A stretch of 35,025 nt of DNA from a virus. Its lineage: Duplodnaviria; Caudoviricetes. Positions 8,623-18,633 of the stretch are shown here, piece after piece (the stretch's first letter is position 1; the number at the start of each line of letters is the position of its first letter). The notes under the pieces were generated by a model that was not told the origin of the DNA, ran no database searches, and saw only the letters and a list, made by a program, of their open reading frames with translations. Both the position numbers and the translations under genes were made by a program. The stretch lies in IMG/VR virus record IMGVR_UViG_3300033067_000868, positions 1-35,025 of that record; one strand, 5' to 3'.

Positions 8623-9878
8623 TGTCTACTAAATCGACAATTAAATTGACACCACAGGGTGTTAAAACTCACCTCTTACAATATTTCCAAAACTGCGAAC
8701 ATCAAATTAATCTTGGAGAACGACCTACAAGTTTATGTATTGAGGGTAAAGCTGGTATTGCCAAAACAAGTTTGGTGAAACAGTTAGCAACTCAAGCGGG
8801 TTACCGTTTTCATCAGATTAATGCTGCAATGATTGATGATTTGGGACATTTAATCGGATTTCCAAATAAGGAATTCCGAATTGAATTCTCAAAACGAGAA
8901 GGGGATATAATTTATACAGAAACTAAATGGATTCCTGCAGAATTTTCTGAAGATGCAATTCAAGATGGCGGAAAATACACTGGAGAAAGTCGAATGTCAT
9001 ATGCTAATCCACATTGGCTTAAAGACGTAAATTCAGATGAAAAATTCATTTTACTTTTGGATGATTTCACTCGTGGTTTACCAATGGTGATGCAGGCATG
9101 CATGACATTAGTTGAGGAATATAGATACGGTAGTTGGGAGTTACCAAAAAATGCAATAATTATGCTCACCACCAATCCTGATAATGGTGAATATTCAGTG
9201 TCAAGTTTGGACGTTGCACAGAAAACCAGGATGCGCTATGTTGAAATGGTATTTAGTCCTGAAGATTGGGCAAGATGGGCAGAATCAGCATCAATAGATG
9301 GTCGTTGTATTAATTTTGTCTTGCATAATCCAGAATTGTTTAATGATAAACATGATGGTATTGGTGGAGGAAAGGATTATAATGCACGTATTATGACAAA
9401 ATTCTTTAGAGATATTGGGTGTCTTGGAGATTTTTCTATTCCAGAGAATCTTGCATATGTAAAAGTTTGTGGTGATGGATCAGTAGGAAATGGATTTACC
9501 GATTTATTTTTAACGTTTATTAACAATAAACTTGATAAACTTCCAAATCCAAAAGAAATCTTAAGTCTTAAATCTGAAGAGGCATTGAATAGATTGATCC
9601 AGATTTGTGGAAACTATAAAACTAGAACTGGTTATAATCCAGCAACTGCAAGTATTATGGCAAGCAGGATGGTGAATTATACCATTTATGGAAATCATGA
9701 ATCTTGGGGAAAAGATGAGAATGAAAAGATGATAAATATCATTTTACATGATTGTTTTAGCGAAGATTTAAAATTCTATATGGCAAGACAGTTCTTGTCC
9801 CAAGATGCACAAAAACAGTCCGGGAAATTGGAGAGAATCACGACGCATCCTAAAATGATTGAAATGATGTTTAAATAA
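8622..9878 (+). CDS. MoxR-like AAA+ ATPase
   Basis: Walker A GKAGIAKT, Walker B LLLDDFTR, TTNP, LDVAQKTR; coupled to the vWA gene. Confidence 0.85.
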   Translation: MSTKSTIKLTPQGVKTHLLQYFQNCEHQINLGERPTSLCIEGKAGIAKTSLVKQLATQAGYRFHQINAAMIDDLGHLIGFPNKEFRIEFSKREGDIIYTETKWIPAEFSEDAIQDGGKYTGESRMSYANPHWLKDVNSDEKFILLLDDFTRGLPMVMQACMTLVEEYRYGSWELPKNAIIMLTTNPDNGEYSVSSLDVAQKTRMRYVEMVFSPEDWARWAESASIDGRCINFVLHNPELFNDKHDGIGGGKDYNARIMTKFFRDIGCLGDFSIPENLAYVKVCGDGSVGNGFTDLFLTFINNKLDKLPNPKEILSLKSEEALNRLIQICGNYKTRTGYNPATASIMASRMVNYTIYGNHESWGKDENEKMINIILHDCFSEDLKFYMARQFLSQDAQKQSGKLERITTHPKMIEMMFK

Positions 9879-10702
9879 TGGAACCAAAATTAATAAAATT
9901 TACTTCAAGCAGTACAGTCTACGCAAATCAAGCGTTGATTGATTATATTCAAACGCATCAAGCAATCTCACAAGAAATTAAGGAAAACGATAATCTTTTC
10001 TTTATGAAAGATGTTGATTTCAGAAGAGACTTATTAACCATTTCAAAGATTCCTGTAAATCGAGTTATCTTGATGGCAAAGGCAAATGTTATTATTCATA
10101 ATGATGATTTACCTTTGTTTGCAGATAGCGATAAATTGTATATCAAGAATAATACATTTGTTAGTGCGATGGATGAATATGATGATGTAATATACAATGT
10201 CTCTCTTAGAGGCGTGAAATATTTGGATTCCATTATTCAATGGTTTGAAATATCTCAATTAAAGTATCAGCCAAGATTTATTCGTGTGCAGGATCTTCCA
10301 AAATATATCAACAATGGATTTATTTTAAACGAGGATACATATGATACTATCTTGCAAATGAGGAATGTAAGTTCCAGGGATGCTGCAAAAATTTTAGATA
10401 ATTGTGATCCGGTTGCGTCATTGCCATATGTTTTATATCTTATTTATTTTGAATCAGGTTACGGTGGAGTATCACCTATTCATCAATATCTGACAGTTCT
10501 TCAAAAATTTATAACACATGAAACTGAGTCTACAATAAGACTTACTGATAAGGGATTTAAAATCATTATGTCTAATTCAAGATTGGCAGAAAAAGTTACT
10601 TCTAAATTATTAGAGACCATGTTGGCGAGGTCTCAAACTTGTGCTTCCCAATTTCAAGACTATATTGAAAATATTAACATTGACATCCGATGGAAATTCT
10701 AG
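9878..10702 (+). CDS. Hypothetical protein, possible BRCT-like N-terminal region
   Basis: TAATG-coupled to MoxR; weak similarity to the next ORF. Confidence 0.6.
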   Translation: MEPKLIKFTSSSTVYANQALIDYIQTHQAISQEIKENDNLFFMKDVDFRRDLLTISKIPVNRVILMAKANVIIHNDDLPLFADSDKLYIKNNTFVSAMDEYDDVIYNVSLRGVKYLDSIIQWFEISQLKYQPRFIRVQDLPKYINNGFILNEDTYDTILQMRNVSSRDAAKILDNCDPVASLPYVLYLIYFESGYGGVSPIHQYLTVLQKFITHETESTIRLTDKGFKIIMSNSRLAEKVTSKLLETMLARSQTCASQFQDYIENINIDIRWKF

Positions 10703-11343
10703 ACTACTTTAATCTAACAAATTCACGTTACTATCGAAAAACTTTGCTTGGAGCAAGTTTACGTCCTGGTGATGTAGTTTATTTTGATGTGGGAAATGAG
10801 TTCAAGGTTAGTGTGCTCAAAGATTTTTTATCTGCAAGAAATTGTGTGAGGACAACCAAACGTAGTTTGGCCACTAAAATAATTGTGAACGAACTTTTAC
10901 CTTATGTAATTCGACCTGAGCAATTTGAAGAAGTGATGATGGATTTTAATAAAAAGGTTTTGTATAGAACGATCTATAATGAACTTCTATCAAATCAAGT
11001 AAACAATTCTATAATTTTTGAATTTGATTCAAGAAAAGCAATCGAAATGTTTACTTTGTTAAAATCAAGAAATCCCACCGATCATAAACTCGCAATTCAT
11101 GGCATTATAAATATGCACTGGAAAGGATATGAGGGATTGTTAAGATTGCTAGTTCTATACTTCTTACCTCAAATTCGACAAACAAGTCCAGGAACATCAA
11201 TTTCTGGATGGAGTGGATTTGCAAAACTTTATAAATTATCTTGGAAAGGAAATGTGCGACCATATCAAATATTTGATGCCTTACGAGATAATATTACTTC
11301 CGAACAATTTGAAATATTTACAAAAACAATACAAAATGATTAA
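10690..11343 (+). CDS. Hypothetical protein, possible BRCT-like N-terminal region
   Basis: DVVYF...LKDFLSARNCVRTTKRSLATKIIVN. Confidence 0.6.
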   Translation: MEILDYFNLTNSRYYRKTLLGASLRPGDVVYFDVGNEFKVSVLKDFLSARNCVRTTKRSLATKIIVNELLPYVIRPEQFEEVMMDFNKKVLYRTIYNELLSNQVNNSIIFEFDSRKAIEMFTLLKSRNPTDHKLAIHGIINMHWKGYEGLLRLLVLYFLPQIRQTSPGTSISGWSGFAKLYKLSWKGNVRPYQIFDALRDNITSEQFEIFTKTIQND

Positions 11344-11602
11344 ATTTACAAAACAACAGCTCACAGACCTCTTTGAAGGAGGTAAATCTTATGAAGATCT
11401 TGCCACAGAATTTTCTACTTCTGGCATAGAAGTCACTCCAAAAATGGTACAGGAAATGTTTAAAGCAAATGGCTTTAATCTTCGCAATCGTAAACGTAAA
11501 ACCGCAGAAAGCTGGTTTACAATTATTGATGATACTGCTCCAGTAGTATCAGATGTACCAGCATACGATAGTTTTAATGTTCACACTGAACAATTTGCGT
11601 AA
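11336..11602 (+). CDS. Small putative HTH DNA-binding protein
   Basis: GKSYEDLATEF...VTPKMVQEMFKANG followed by basic RNRKRK; start at 11336 avoids a long overlap. Confidence 0.55.
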   Translation: MIKFTKQQLTDLFEGGKSYEDLATEFSTSGIEVTPKMVQEMFKANGFNLRNRKRKTAESWFTIIDDTAPVVSDVPAYDSFNVHTEQFA

Positions 11603-11646
11603 TGAAATAACTCCAAAAAACCATTTTAATCGTAATTTAATATATA

Positions 11647-12336
11647 ATGATATTACTAGCATTAGCTGAATCAGGTTTCGGCAAAACTTCATCTATTATT
11701 CCTAGTGAAAAGCTTGGAATTAAAGGATTGGATCCTAAAGATACTTATGTAATTTCAGTAACTCCAAAAATGTTACCTTTCTGGAAAGTAACTAGTCCAG
11801 ATAAACCACAAGATGGTAATCGGATTATTAGTGATGATGGTCAAACAATTGCTAAATTAATTTCTGGTTTAGCTAAAAGTCCATTTAAAAATATTGTATT
11901 GGACGATGCTAACTATATCATGCAGAACTTCTACATGAAGAATGCAATGAAGAATGGTTGGGAGACACCAAAACAAATTGGTTATTTTATGGGCTTAATT
12001 TTTACTGCGATGGAAGAGGCAAGTGCTGCAGGTAAAAATGTAATTATTTTCGCCCATCCAGAAACTTATAAAGCAAATACTCAAGGAGATTTGAGTTACC
12101 GTATGAAGACAACGGGTAATATGACACAAGATTATTTGACTCCTGAAGGTAAAGCTGACATTATGTTATTTGGCATTAATAGATGGAATGAGTCAACTAA
12201 AAAAGTTGATAAAGTATTTGTTACAGATCATGATGGTACTTACCCCGCAAAATCTCAAGGAGTTTTTGATGAAATGTATATCCCAAATGACATGGGATTG
12301 ATTGTCGATAAAATTAATAAATTTCTTGGAGTATGA
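11647..12336 (+). CDS. AAA_24/Sak4-like P-loop ATPase (recombination)
   Basis: AESGFGKTSS, IVLDD, FAHPE, TPEGKAD, YPAKS. Confidence 0.8.
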   Translation: MILLALAESGFGKTSSIIPSEKLGIKGLDPKDTYVISVTPKMLPFWKVTSPDKPQDGNRIISDDGQTIAKLISGLAKSPFKNIVLDDANYIMQNFYMKNAMKNGWETPKQIGYFMGLIFTAMEEASAAGKNVIIFAHPETYKANTQGDLSYRMKTTGNMTQDYLTPEGKADIMLFGINRWNESTKKVDKVFVTDHDGTYPAKSQGVFDEMYIPNDMGLIVDKINKFLGV

Positions 12337-12632
12337 AACTACATATAGATAGTGAGGCGAAAACAGTGGCAATTGAAGGCACTGTTTTAATATCTGAAGT
12401 TTTTAATAAGCTGATGGCATGGTTTCCAGAAGAATGGGAGCAATGGTCATTTATCCCATTTAAACCAAATGTAGAGTATAAAGAGATCATTGTACCAAAA
12501 GAGGTACATAGAAATCCATACTGGTCTCCCTGGAAAGTAGATATTTTCTATGGTAAAGGAATTGATACAGGTACTCCAATTAATAATCCATACCCAATCA
12601 CATCAACAAAAACAACTTTAAATTTACAATAG
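12333..12632 (+). CDS. Hypothetical protein
   Basis: ATGA-coupled 99-aa ORF. Confidence 0.6.
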   Translation: MKLHIDSEAKTVAIEGTVLISEVFNKLMAWFPEEWEQWSFIPFKPNVEYKEIIVPKEVHRNPYWSPWKVDIFYGKGIDTGTPINNPYPITSTKTTLNLQ

Positions 12633-12635
12633 ACA

Positions 12636-13481
12636 ATGTTTACAGGAACAAAAGAAGGACAACAAGGAGGTAATTATCTCAAAACAGGATTATCATCATT
12701 TGAATTCTTGGGTGTTAACCCAACTGCAGATCAGATTAAAGCATGGACCGGCAGAGATAATGTCAATGAGCCTGATTATAGTCTTACTAAAGATTATAAT
12801 GAAAAAGAAGTTCGGCCAGTGAATTTCTGGCTGAAAAACAAAGATGGTGTTGTAACCAACTTTAGAATCAATGTCGGTAAAGATGATGCAATTGCTGGGT
12901 CTGGTAACTACCAAGTTTGTACTTCTACCGGTGCAGTAGTATGGGCTAAATCTGGCGGTCAACTTAAACCAGAGTTTGCAGATCACAAGCCATTGAGAAT
13001 TGGTGAAGCAGATTTGATTACTTTTGTATCAAAACTTATTAACTTCGACACCAAAGGTACAGACAATTTGTACAAGCAAATGACTGACCAAAAAACAGAT
13101 TTGGATAGTTTGGTAGTTGGTAATTATACAGGTTTTGCAAACTTAGCTAAATGGGCTGCGGAAAAAGAGAAACATATTAGCATGGTGATGGTAGTACGTG
13201 AAAAAGAAGCATTGGATGCCTCTGGAAACACAGTAACTAAACATTATCAAGGTGTATGTTCTGCATCAGAAACTTGGTTTCATGGTGAAGTAACGCAATG
13301 GACTGAAGATACTCTGCGCAAGCGCTATGAAAAATCTTTGGAAATTGGTACAGGTCAAACTAAGGCATATCCTCTTATCAAAGAGGGTGAACTGTTCACC
13401 TACAGTTACCAGGATTTTGACAAATCTAAATGTGTAAACGTTGTCGCAGATAATCCTGCTGGAACTTCAACTTGGGGATAA
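12636..13481 (+). CDS. Putative single-stranded DNA-binding protein (crAss-like)
   Basis: TG...LGVNPT, FWL and GEADLITF pattern; aromatic C-terminus; lies between AAA_24 and primase. Confidence 0.6.
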   Translation: MFTGTKEGQQGGNYLKTGLSSFEFLGVNPTADQIKAWTGRDNVNEPDYSLTKDYNEKEVRPVNFWLKNKDGVVTNFRINVGKDDAIAGSGNYQVCTSTGAVVWAKSGGQLKPEFADHKPLRIGEADLITFVSKLINFDTKGTDNLYKQMTDQKTDLDSLVVGNYTGFANLAKWAAEKEKHISMVMVVREKEALDASGNTVTKHYQGVCSASETWFHGEVTQWTEDTLRKRYEKSLEIGTGQTKAYPLIKEGELFTYSYQDFDKSKCVNVVADNPAGTSTWG

Positions 13482-13708
13482 TGGAAGAGTGTGTAAATTC
13501 ACCAGTATCAATACGAGATGTGGGCAGAGATTATCAAGGTTACACAATTCGTATTGAGACAATTGCAAATGGATATTTAGTACATATTGGCTGTAAAACA
13601 TTTGCTTTTTTAACCAGAGAAAATATGATAATTGCATTAAATGCTTATTTTGCAGATCCTGCCAAAGTGACAGCCGATTGGGAAAATAATAAAGTTTTGC
13701 CTGAGTAA
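13481..13708 (+). CDS. Hypothetical protein
   Basis: TAATG-coupled start; IRIETIANGYLVHIGCKTFAF. Confidence 0.65.
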   Translation: MEECVNSPVSIRDVGRDYQGYTIRIETIANGYLVHIGCKTFAFLTRENMIIALNAYFADPAKVTADWENNKVLPE

Positions 13709-14650
13709 ATGTTTAGTGGAGTTAAACCGACATTTAGAAGAACACAAGATGTATTAGCGGTAATATCTCAAGAAGATGTATTCTATCAGTATTTAGGAAT
13801 ATATCCAGATCTTCATGGTCGGTTTAAATCTCCTTTTAGAGTAGATCGAGATCCCGGGTGTCGTTTTAAATGGCATTCCGGGATTCTTTATTTTATTGAA
13901 AACCGAGGATTTAACGATAAGCTATATTGGTCATGTATTGATGTGGTTCAATACGTAAAACAATGTAGTTATCAAGAAGCTCTTGAGATCTTATATTTAA
14001 AACATCAATCTCCTGTTAAAATTCAAACCGTTGTTGAGGAAATATTTATTCCTGAAATAAGGTTTGAAAAGAAGCAATGGACATCTAACTTATATAATTT
14101 ATCTGGAGAGATTCTTGAGAAAGAAAATGTATTTCTAGTCAAGAATTATTGGATAAAATTTAAGAATGGATGGACCAGAAATTCAATTCATCATCCAGAT
14201 AGAACAACAGTTATTGCATATTACTTTCCAGATACAAATCATGTGAAATTATATTTTCCATTTGAATCTGAAAATAGATGGTATAGTAATTGTTCAAATC
14301 GAGACATCTTTGGATGGCATAAATTAAAGTATTATCATACTAAATCAGACACTTTGTATATTGCAAAGTCCGGAAAAGATAGATTGATGCTTGATTATTT
14401 TATTGGAGTATCTGCTATTGCTTTACAAAATGAAGGATGCTACATTCCAGATGATCTTTTACTTGAGTTGACAGCTTTATTTCCAAGAATTATATTTCTG
14501 TATGATTCAGATATTCCTGGAATTACGCAATCACAGAAATTATCAAGTATGTATAAATTTGAAAATAAAATTGTCGATATTAAACCTAAAGATCCATACG
14601 AATGGATTAAAGAATTCGGTGTTGAAAATACAAAAAAATTGATATTATGA
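13709..14650 (+). CDS. DNA primase (crAss-like TOPRIM)
   Basis: SPFRVDRDP N-terminal motif; KSGKD, QNEG, YDSDIPG, KDPYE. Confidence 0.85.
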   Translation: MFSGVKPTFRRTQDVLAVISQEDVFYQYLGIYPDLHGRFKSPFRVDRDPGCRFKWHSGILYFIENRGFNDKLYWSCIDVVQYVKQCSYQEALEILYLKHQSPVKIQTVVEEIFIPEIRFEKKQWTSNLYNLSGEILEKENVFLVKNYWIKFKNGWTRNSIHHPDRTTVIAYYFPDTNHVKLYFPFESENRWYSNCSNRDIFGWHKLKYYHTKSDTLYIAKSGKDRLMLDYFIGVSAIALQNEGCYIPDDLLLELTALFPRIIFLYDSDIPGITQSQKLSSMYKFENKIVDIKPKDPYEWIKEFGVENTKKLIL

Positions 14651-14880
14651 AGTTTAAATATTTAGCAATATTACTAATATTATTTATTGGGTGCAATGAA
14701 TTGAATGCACCAACTCTAGAAAACAATGTGTTTACTGTTATTGACATTCAACCCTTAAGTGACGGGAGAATTAACGTACATCTACAATCAAAACGTGAAA
14801 TTTGTGATTTTTGGATGACAGCAAAAGCAGATTTTATTGATTTAGGTGACAGCTTAACTATTGTAAAACATGACCGTTGA
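14647..14880 (+). CDS. Small putative lipoprotein
   Basis: MKFKYLAILLILFIG-C signal peptide II and lipobox. Confidence 0.6.
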   Translation: MKFKYLAILLILFIGCNELNAPTLENNVFTVIDIQPLSDGRINVHLQSKREICDFWMTAKADFIDLGDSLTIVKHDR

Positions 14881-15214
14881 ATTGAAAATAGAAAATGATG
14901 CTGAATTGAGAGCATATGTAAAGGATCTTATTAGAGGTCAATTTGATGCTGAAGCAAGACAAGAAATTAGAGATGCTGTTGCAGTATTATTTGAAGCAAA
15001 AATAAAAAATATTACAGAATCATATTGGACACAACTTCTTAAAGAAGCAGCCGCTATTGTAATTAATAAAGAACTAAATGGTATGTGGTCCACTTCTTAT
15101 AAACAAAAAGCTATTCGTGAGGCACTCATTGCCCATATTGATGCAATATTTCACGGAGAATCCAGAGAAAAGTTTATCGTGGAATGTGCTAAACAATTAA
15201 CAAAATCAGAATGA
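14870..15214 (+). CDS. Hypothetical helical protein
   Basis: 114-aa ORF. Confidence 0.6.
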   Translation: MTVELKIENDAELRAYVKDLIRGQFDAEARQEIRDAVAVLFEAKIKNITESYWTQLLKEAAAIVINKELNGMWSTSYKQKAIREALIAHIDAIFHGESREKFIVECAKQLTKSE

Positions 15215-15233
15215 GCTGGATAAATATTCATAT

Positions 15234-15929
15234 ATGAATAAAATTACAGAACTAGCTATTAAAGATATTCATCCAAAATGGAAAGTATTACTGAATACTG
15301 AATATCAAGGTAGATCTCTTGTAGATATTCTTGACTCAATAATTGTTTCGATAATCAGCAAGGGTGGAGAATTAATTCCAGATAGTCCTGCTAAAATACT
15401 TCGGGCATTCCATTTAGATCCTGATTTAATTAAAGTTGTAATTATTGGACAGGATTTATATCCTAAACCTGGAGTAGCAACAGGTTTGGCTTTTGCTTGT
15501 AAGGATGAATTTCAACCTAGTCTTGAAGTAATTTTACAAGAATTGCAGAAAGAGTATTCTTTTGAAGAGTTTAATGGATCTTTAGAGCAATGGGAATCTC
15601 AAGGAATTATGTTATTGAATGCAAGTTTAAGTTGTGAAAAATTTAAACCTGGCAGTCATACAAAATTATGGGAACCTTTTATTGCAGGAGTAATGAATAT
15701 CTTAAATGATATGAAAATTACCAGATCTGAAATGACGAGTATTGTATTTGTATTTTTAGGAGCATCTGCAAAATTATTTCATGTTGAGGTTTCAGAAAAA
15801 CTTCATTATAAAATAATGCGGCATCATCCTGTTGCAGAAAAATATGGAGATAACAAATTTGAAGGATTCTTCACAGAAGTAAATAAATGCTTGGAAGAGT
15901 CTGGACAAACTAAAATTAATTGGGTATGA
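15234..15929 (+). CDS. ung: Uracil-DNA glycosylase (family 1-like)
   Basis: VVIIGQDLYP, ATGLAF, QGIMLLN, PGSH...W, FVFLG, HHP. Confidence 0.88.
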   Translation: MNKITELAIKDIHPKWKVLLNTEYQGRSLVDILDSIIVSIISKGGELIPDSPAKILRAFHLDPDLIKVVIIGQDLYPKPGVATGLAFACKDEFQPSLEVILQELQKEYSFEEFNGSLEQWESQGIMLLNASLSCEKFKPGSHTKLWEPFIAGVMNILNDMKITRSEMTSIVFVFLGASAKLFHVEVSEKLHYKIMRHHPVAEKYGDNKFEGFFTEVNKCLEESGQTKINWV

Positions 15930-16267
15930 TCCAAGGTAAAAAATTAACAGCTACTAACTGTCAGGATATTGTTCAAGATTGGAAGAATGGAGTTACAATA
16001 GCGGATATTTCAAGAAAATTTAATGTAAACCAGAAGACAATTCACTCACTATTAACTGGGGTTACATACAAAGGACAATATAAAATCAAAGAGATTGATG
16101 ATCGATCTGCAGGAAGAAGAATAATTATGACTATAAATGATATTCCCGTGGAGTTTAAATCTGTTCGAGAGTTATCAAAAGTTCTAGGATTAAGCGAATC
16201 TGCAGTAAGTAATATTGCGGCAGGCAGACATCCAATTCCAACAATTACTTCAATTAATTACAAATAA
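15920..16267 (+). CDS. Two-HTH protein (NUMOD-like DNA-binding modules, no nuclease domain)
   Basis: TIADISRKFNVNQKTIHSLLTGVTY and FKSVRELSKVLGLSESAVSNIAAG. Confidence 0.65.
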   Translation: MGMIQGKKLTATNCQDIVQDWKNGVTIADISRKFNVNQKTIHSLLTGVTYKGQYKIKEIDDRSAGRRIIMTINDIPVEFKSVRELSKVLGLSESAVSNIAAGRHPIPTITSINYK

Positions 16268-16312
16268 AATGTCAGCTTTAATAAGTACGACTATAACCCC
16301 TTGCCACAAATT

Positions 16313-16714
16313 ATGGCGCATAAAAATAAAACAAAAGGTAACCGACTTGAACAGCAAGTTGCCAAAGATTTAAAGGATAAATATCCTTTTGTTAAAACTG
16401 CAAGATATGCAAATCGCATGGCAGATGATAGTAAAGTAGATCTTGTAGGCATCCCATTTTTAGTTCAATGTAAATCTGGATATAATAAACCTAGGTTGAA
16501 ATATGAAGAGTTATATCTGGAGAATCAAGAACTTATTAAAAAAAACTTTCCACCAAACCACCCAATACATAAACTTCCATACGTTCTGATTAATAAGTTA
16601 AATAGAACAGTTGGAGGAAAATTAAAACAACCGGAAATGAATCAAGTAACTATTACTTATGATTTCTTTCTGGAATTAATCAAATATTACGAAACCGACA
16701 ATGCTGAAGTATAG
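16313..16714 (+). CDS. PD-(D/E)xK Holliday-junction resolvase-like nuclease
   Basis: KGNRLEQQVA, KVDL, VQCK. Confidence 0.75.
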   Translation: MAHKNKTKGNRLEQQVAKDLKDKYPFVKTARYANRMADDSKVDLVGIPFLVQCKSGYNKPRLKYEELYLENQELIKKNFPPNHPIHKLPYVLINKLNRTVGGKLKQPEMNQVTITYDFFLELIKYYETDNAEV

Positions 16715-17312
16715 TAATGAGATGTTTAGAGTAGAAGCAGAGTATATAAATAGATCTAGAATTTATTTATATCCTGCAGTTGTGCTAATGAAATCTTATC
16801 CACAAATAAGAAATTTAAAAGAAAGTTTCTTGTGTGTAAGTTTCGCACACGATAGTATTATTATATATTATCGTAGAGATAATGGTGTTGGACTGAAAGC
16901 TTTAATTGAAGCGTTAAAATCCAATGATGAATATATGGATTCATATATGCATAATGAAAATGTATATGCAATTCGAGTAAGTCCAGAAATAAATTATTCT
17001 GCATTTGAATCCGGAAGTTATTCTGATATTTATACTCAAGATCAAATAGATCGAGTATTTACTAAGGATGGTAAAACTCGAAAAATTCTAGAAAAGAATC
17101 CAGAATATAAAGCACAGTATGTAAAACTGTTAAATGAATGGTTTAACACAAACCATACTGTAGAATCTTTAGAGTCTAGAGCAAACGGTAAACCTGTAGA
17201 AATTCAACAGTATGATATACCACCAGTGTTAAGTCAAGAAATTTTAAATTATGAACGACAAAAAAACATCAAAGGAGGGTTCATTAGAACACCAGCAATT
17301 AATGAATCTTGA
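16701..17312 (+). CDS. Hypothetical protein
   Basis: 203-aa ORF with FESGSYS; no function recognised. Confidence 0.65.
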   Translation: MLKYSNEMFRVEAEYINRSRIYLYPAVVLMKSYPQIRNLKESFLCVSFAHDSIIIYYRRDNGVGLKALIEALKSNDEYMDSYMHNENVYAIRVSPEINYSAFESGSYSDIYTQDQIDRVFTKDGKTRKILEKNPEYKAQYVKLLNEWFNTNHTVESLESRANGKPVEIQQYDIPPVLSQEILNYERQKNIKGGFIRTPAINES

Positions 17313-17382
17313 AAAGATTCTTAGGACATACGACTGGAAAGAAATTCAAGATGAACAATATAATGACGCATCAGACATCCAA

Positions 17383-17809
17383 TATGAAAATCAAGATATT
17401 AAACGACAGCCCCAATCCTCTACCGAAAATCCAAACCCCCGGTAGTGCAGGATTTGATATTTGTGCCAATGAATCAGTAACATTGGTTCCTGGAAAAACA
17501 GAATTAGTTAGCACAGGAATTTATTTAGAGATCCCTCAAGGATATGAATGCCAAGTCAGATCAAGATCTGGCCTAGCATTAAAGAATCAAGTTGTAGTAT
17601 TGAATTCCCCAGGTACCATTGATAGTGATTATCGTGGAGAAGTTAAAGTTATTCTTATAAATCATGGCCGGGATTTGTTCGAGGTTCAGGCTGGAGATAG
17701 AATTGCACAACTTGTATTTAATAAAATTGAGCTTCCAGAAATTGAAGAAGTTGGTAGCTTATCATCGTCTGATAGATCCTCTGGAGGTTTTGGATCTACT
17801 GGTGTATGA
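17383..17809 (+). CDS. dut: Trimeric dUTPase
   Basis: SAGFDI, RSRSGLA, GTIDSDYRGE, DRIAQL, RSSGGFGSTG; start may lie further upstream (up to 17309). Confidence 0.96.
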
Positions 17810-18072
17810 AAATATTTAATTTAGATAATCCTGGGTTAACATCTGTTGTTAATCAAGCTCGTGAAATATATATTGAAAGTTTATTTTCAGAAAAAGTTAT
17901 TAGTCGTGAGGTTAGAGATGACTTACTTCAATATGCAATAGTGGTCTCTGAGCCTGGAATGCTTGGTAGATTTTGGAATAAATTTTTCAAAAAATCTCCA
18001 GTAGAATCATACTTTACAGTTGTAAAAGTTATGCCACCTAAATCTGATATAACTACAGAAGAATATGAGTAA
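17806..18072 (+). CDS. Hypothetical protein
   Basis: ATGA-coupled 88-aa ORF. Confidence 0.6.
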   Translation: MKIFNLDNPGLTSVVNQAREIYIESLFSEKVISREVRDDLLQYAIVVSEPGMLGRFWNKFFKKSPVESYFTVVKVMPPKSDITTEEYE

Positions 18073-18184
18073 GATTAAATTTCAAGCGTCATCTACAGAT
18101 GGACAAACAGAAATTGTTATTAATCCAGATGGAACAAAAACAGTAATCATAAAACCCAAGTCTCCAAATGAAAGCACAAGATAA
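18065..18184 (+). CDS. 39-aa hypothetical protein (absent from the ORF track)
   Basis: MSKIKFQASSTDGQTEIVINPDGTKTVIIKPK..., fills the gap and overlaps both neighbours. Confidence 0.45.
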   Translation: MSKIKFQASSTDGQTEIVINPDGTKTVIIKPKSPNESTR

Positions 18185-18461
18185 ACCCAAATTATTTATT
18201 ACTCTTGCAAAGCAGTTTACTAAAGCACTTATTAAAGTTGCGGAAAGATCTCAATATGGTCATAAAAAATATGCAGATTTAGATCAAGATTGGCAAGGAT
18301 TTACTAGAATTCCAGCAGAGGAGTATGATGATGCACAGCTTAGACATTTACTTGGTTTAGGAGAACCTGAAGAAACAGAATTAGATCACTTAACGGCCAA
18401 TGCTTGGAATGCATTAGCAAGATTAGAATTATATCTACGAAAGAATGAAGGATCGAACTGA
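18168..18461 (+). CDS. DUF5664 (dATP/dGTP diphosphohydrolase-like) protein
   Basis: VAERSQYGHKKY...WQG...YDDAQLRHL...DHLTANAWNAL. Confidence 0.75.
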   Translation: MKAQDKPKLFITLAKQFTKALIKVAERSQYGHKKYADLDQDWQGFTRIPAEEYDDAQLRHLLGLGEPEETELDHLTANAWNALARLELYLRKNEGSN

Positions 18462-18633
18462 TATTGTAGTGCTCTTACTTTTATTTGTATTATTTTTTAG
18501 TTTTGCAAAAAAAGATAATAAATATTGGAAGGATAAATATATTCAGGCTCAAATCTGGGCAGATTCATTGTATGATGAAAATCTAAGACTTGCGGATACA
18601 ATAACCTATTTAAGACTTCACGAATGCTTGTAA
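18445..18633 (+). CDS. Small membrane-anchored protein
   Basis: N-terminal hydrophobic helix followed by a coiled-coil-like tail. Confidence 0.5.
   Translation: MKDRTDIVVLLLLFVLFFSFAKKDNKYWKDKYIQAQIWADSLYDENLRLADTITYLRLHECL

Noticed and set aside
11603-11646. Promoter in the AT-rich gap before the AAA_24 gene
   Set aside because: No convincing Bacteroidota TAnnTTTG element or repeated phage promoter motif
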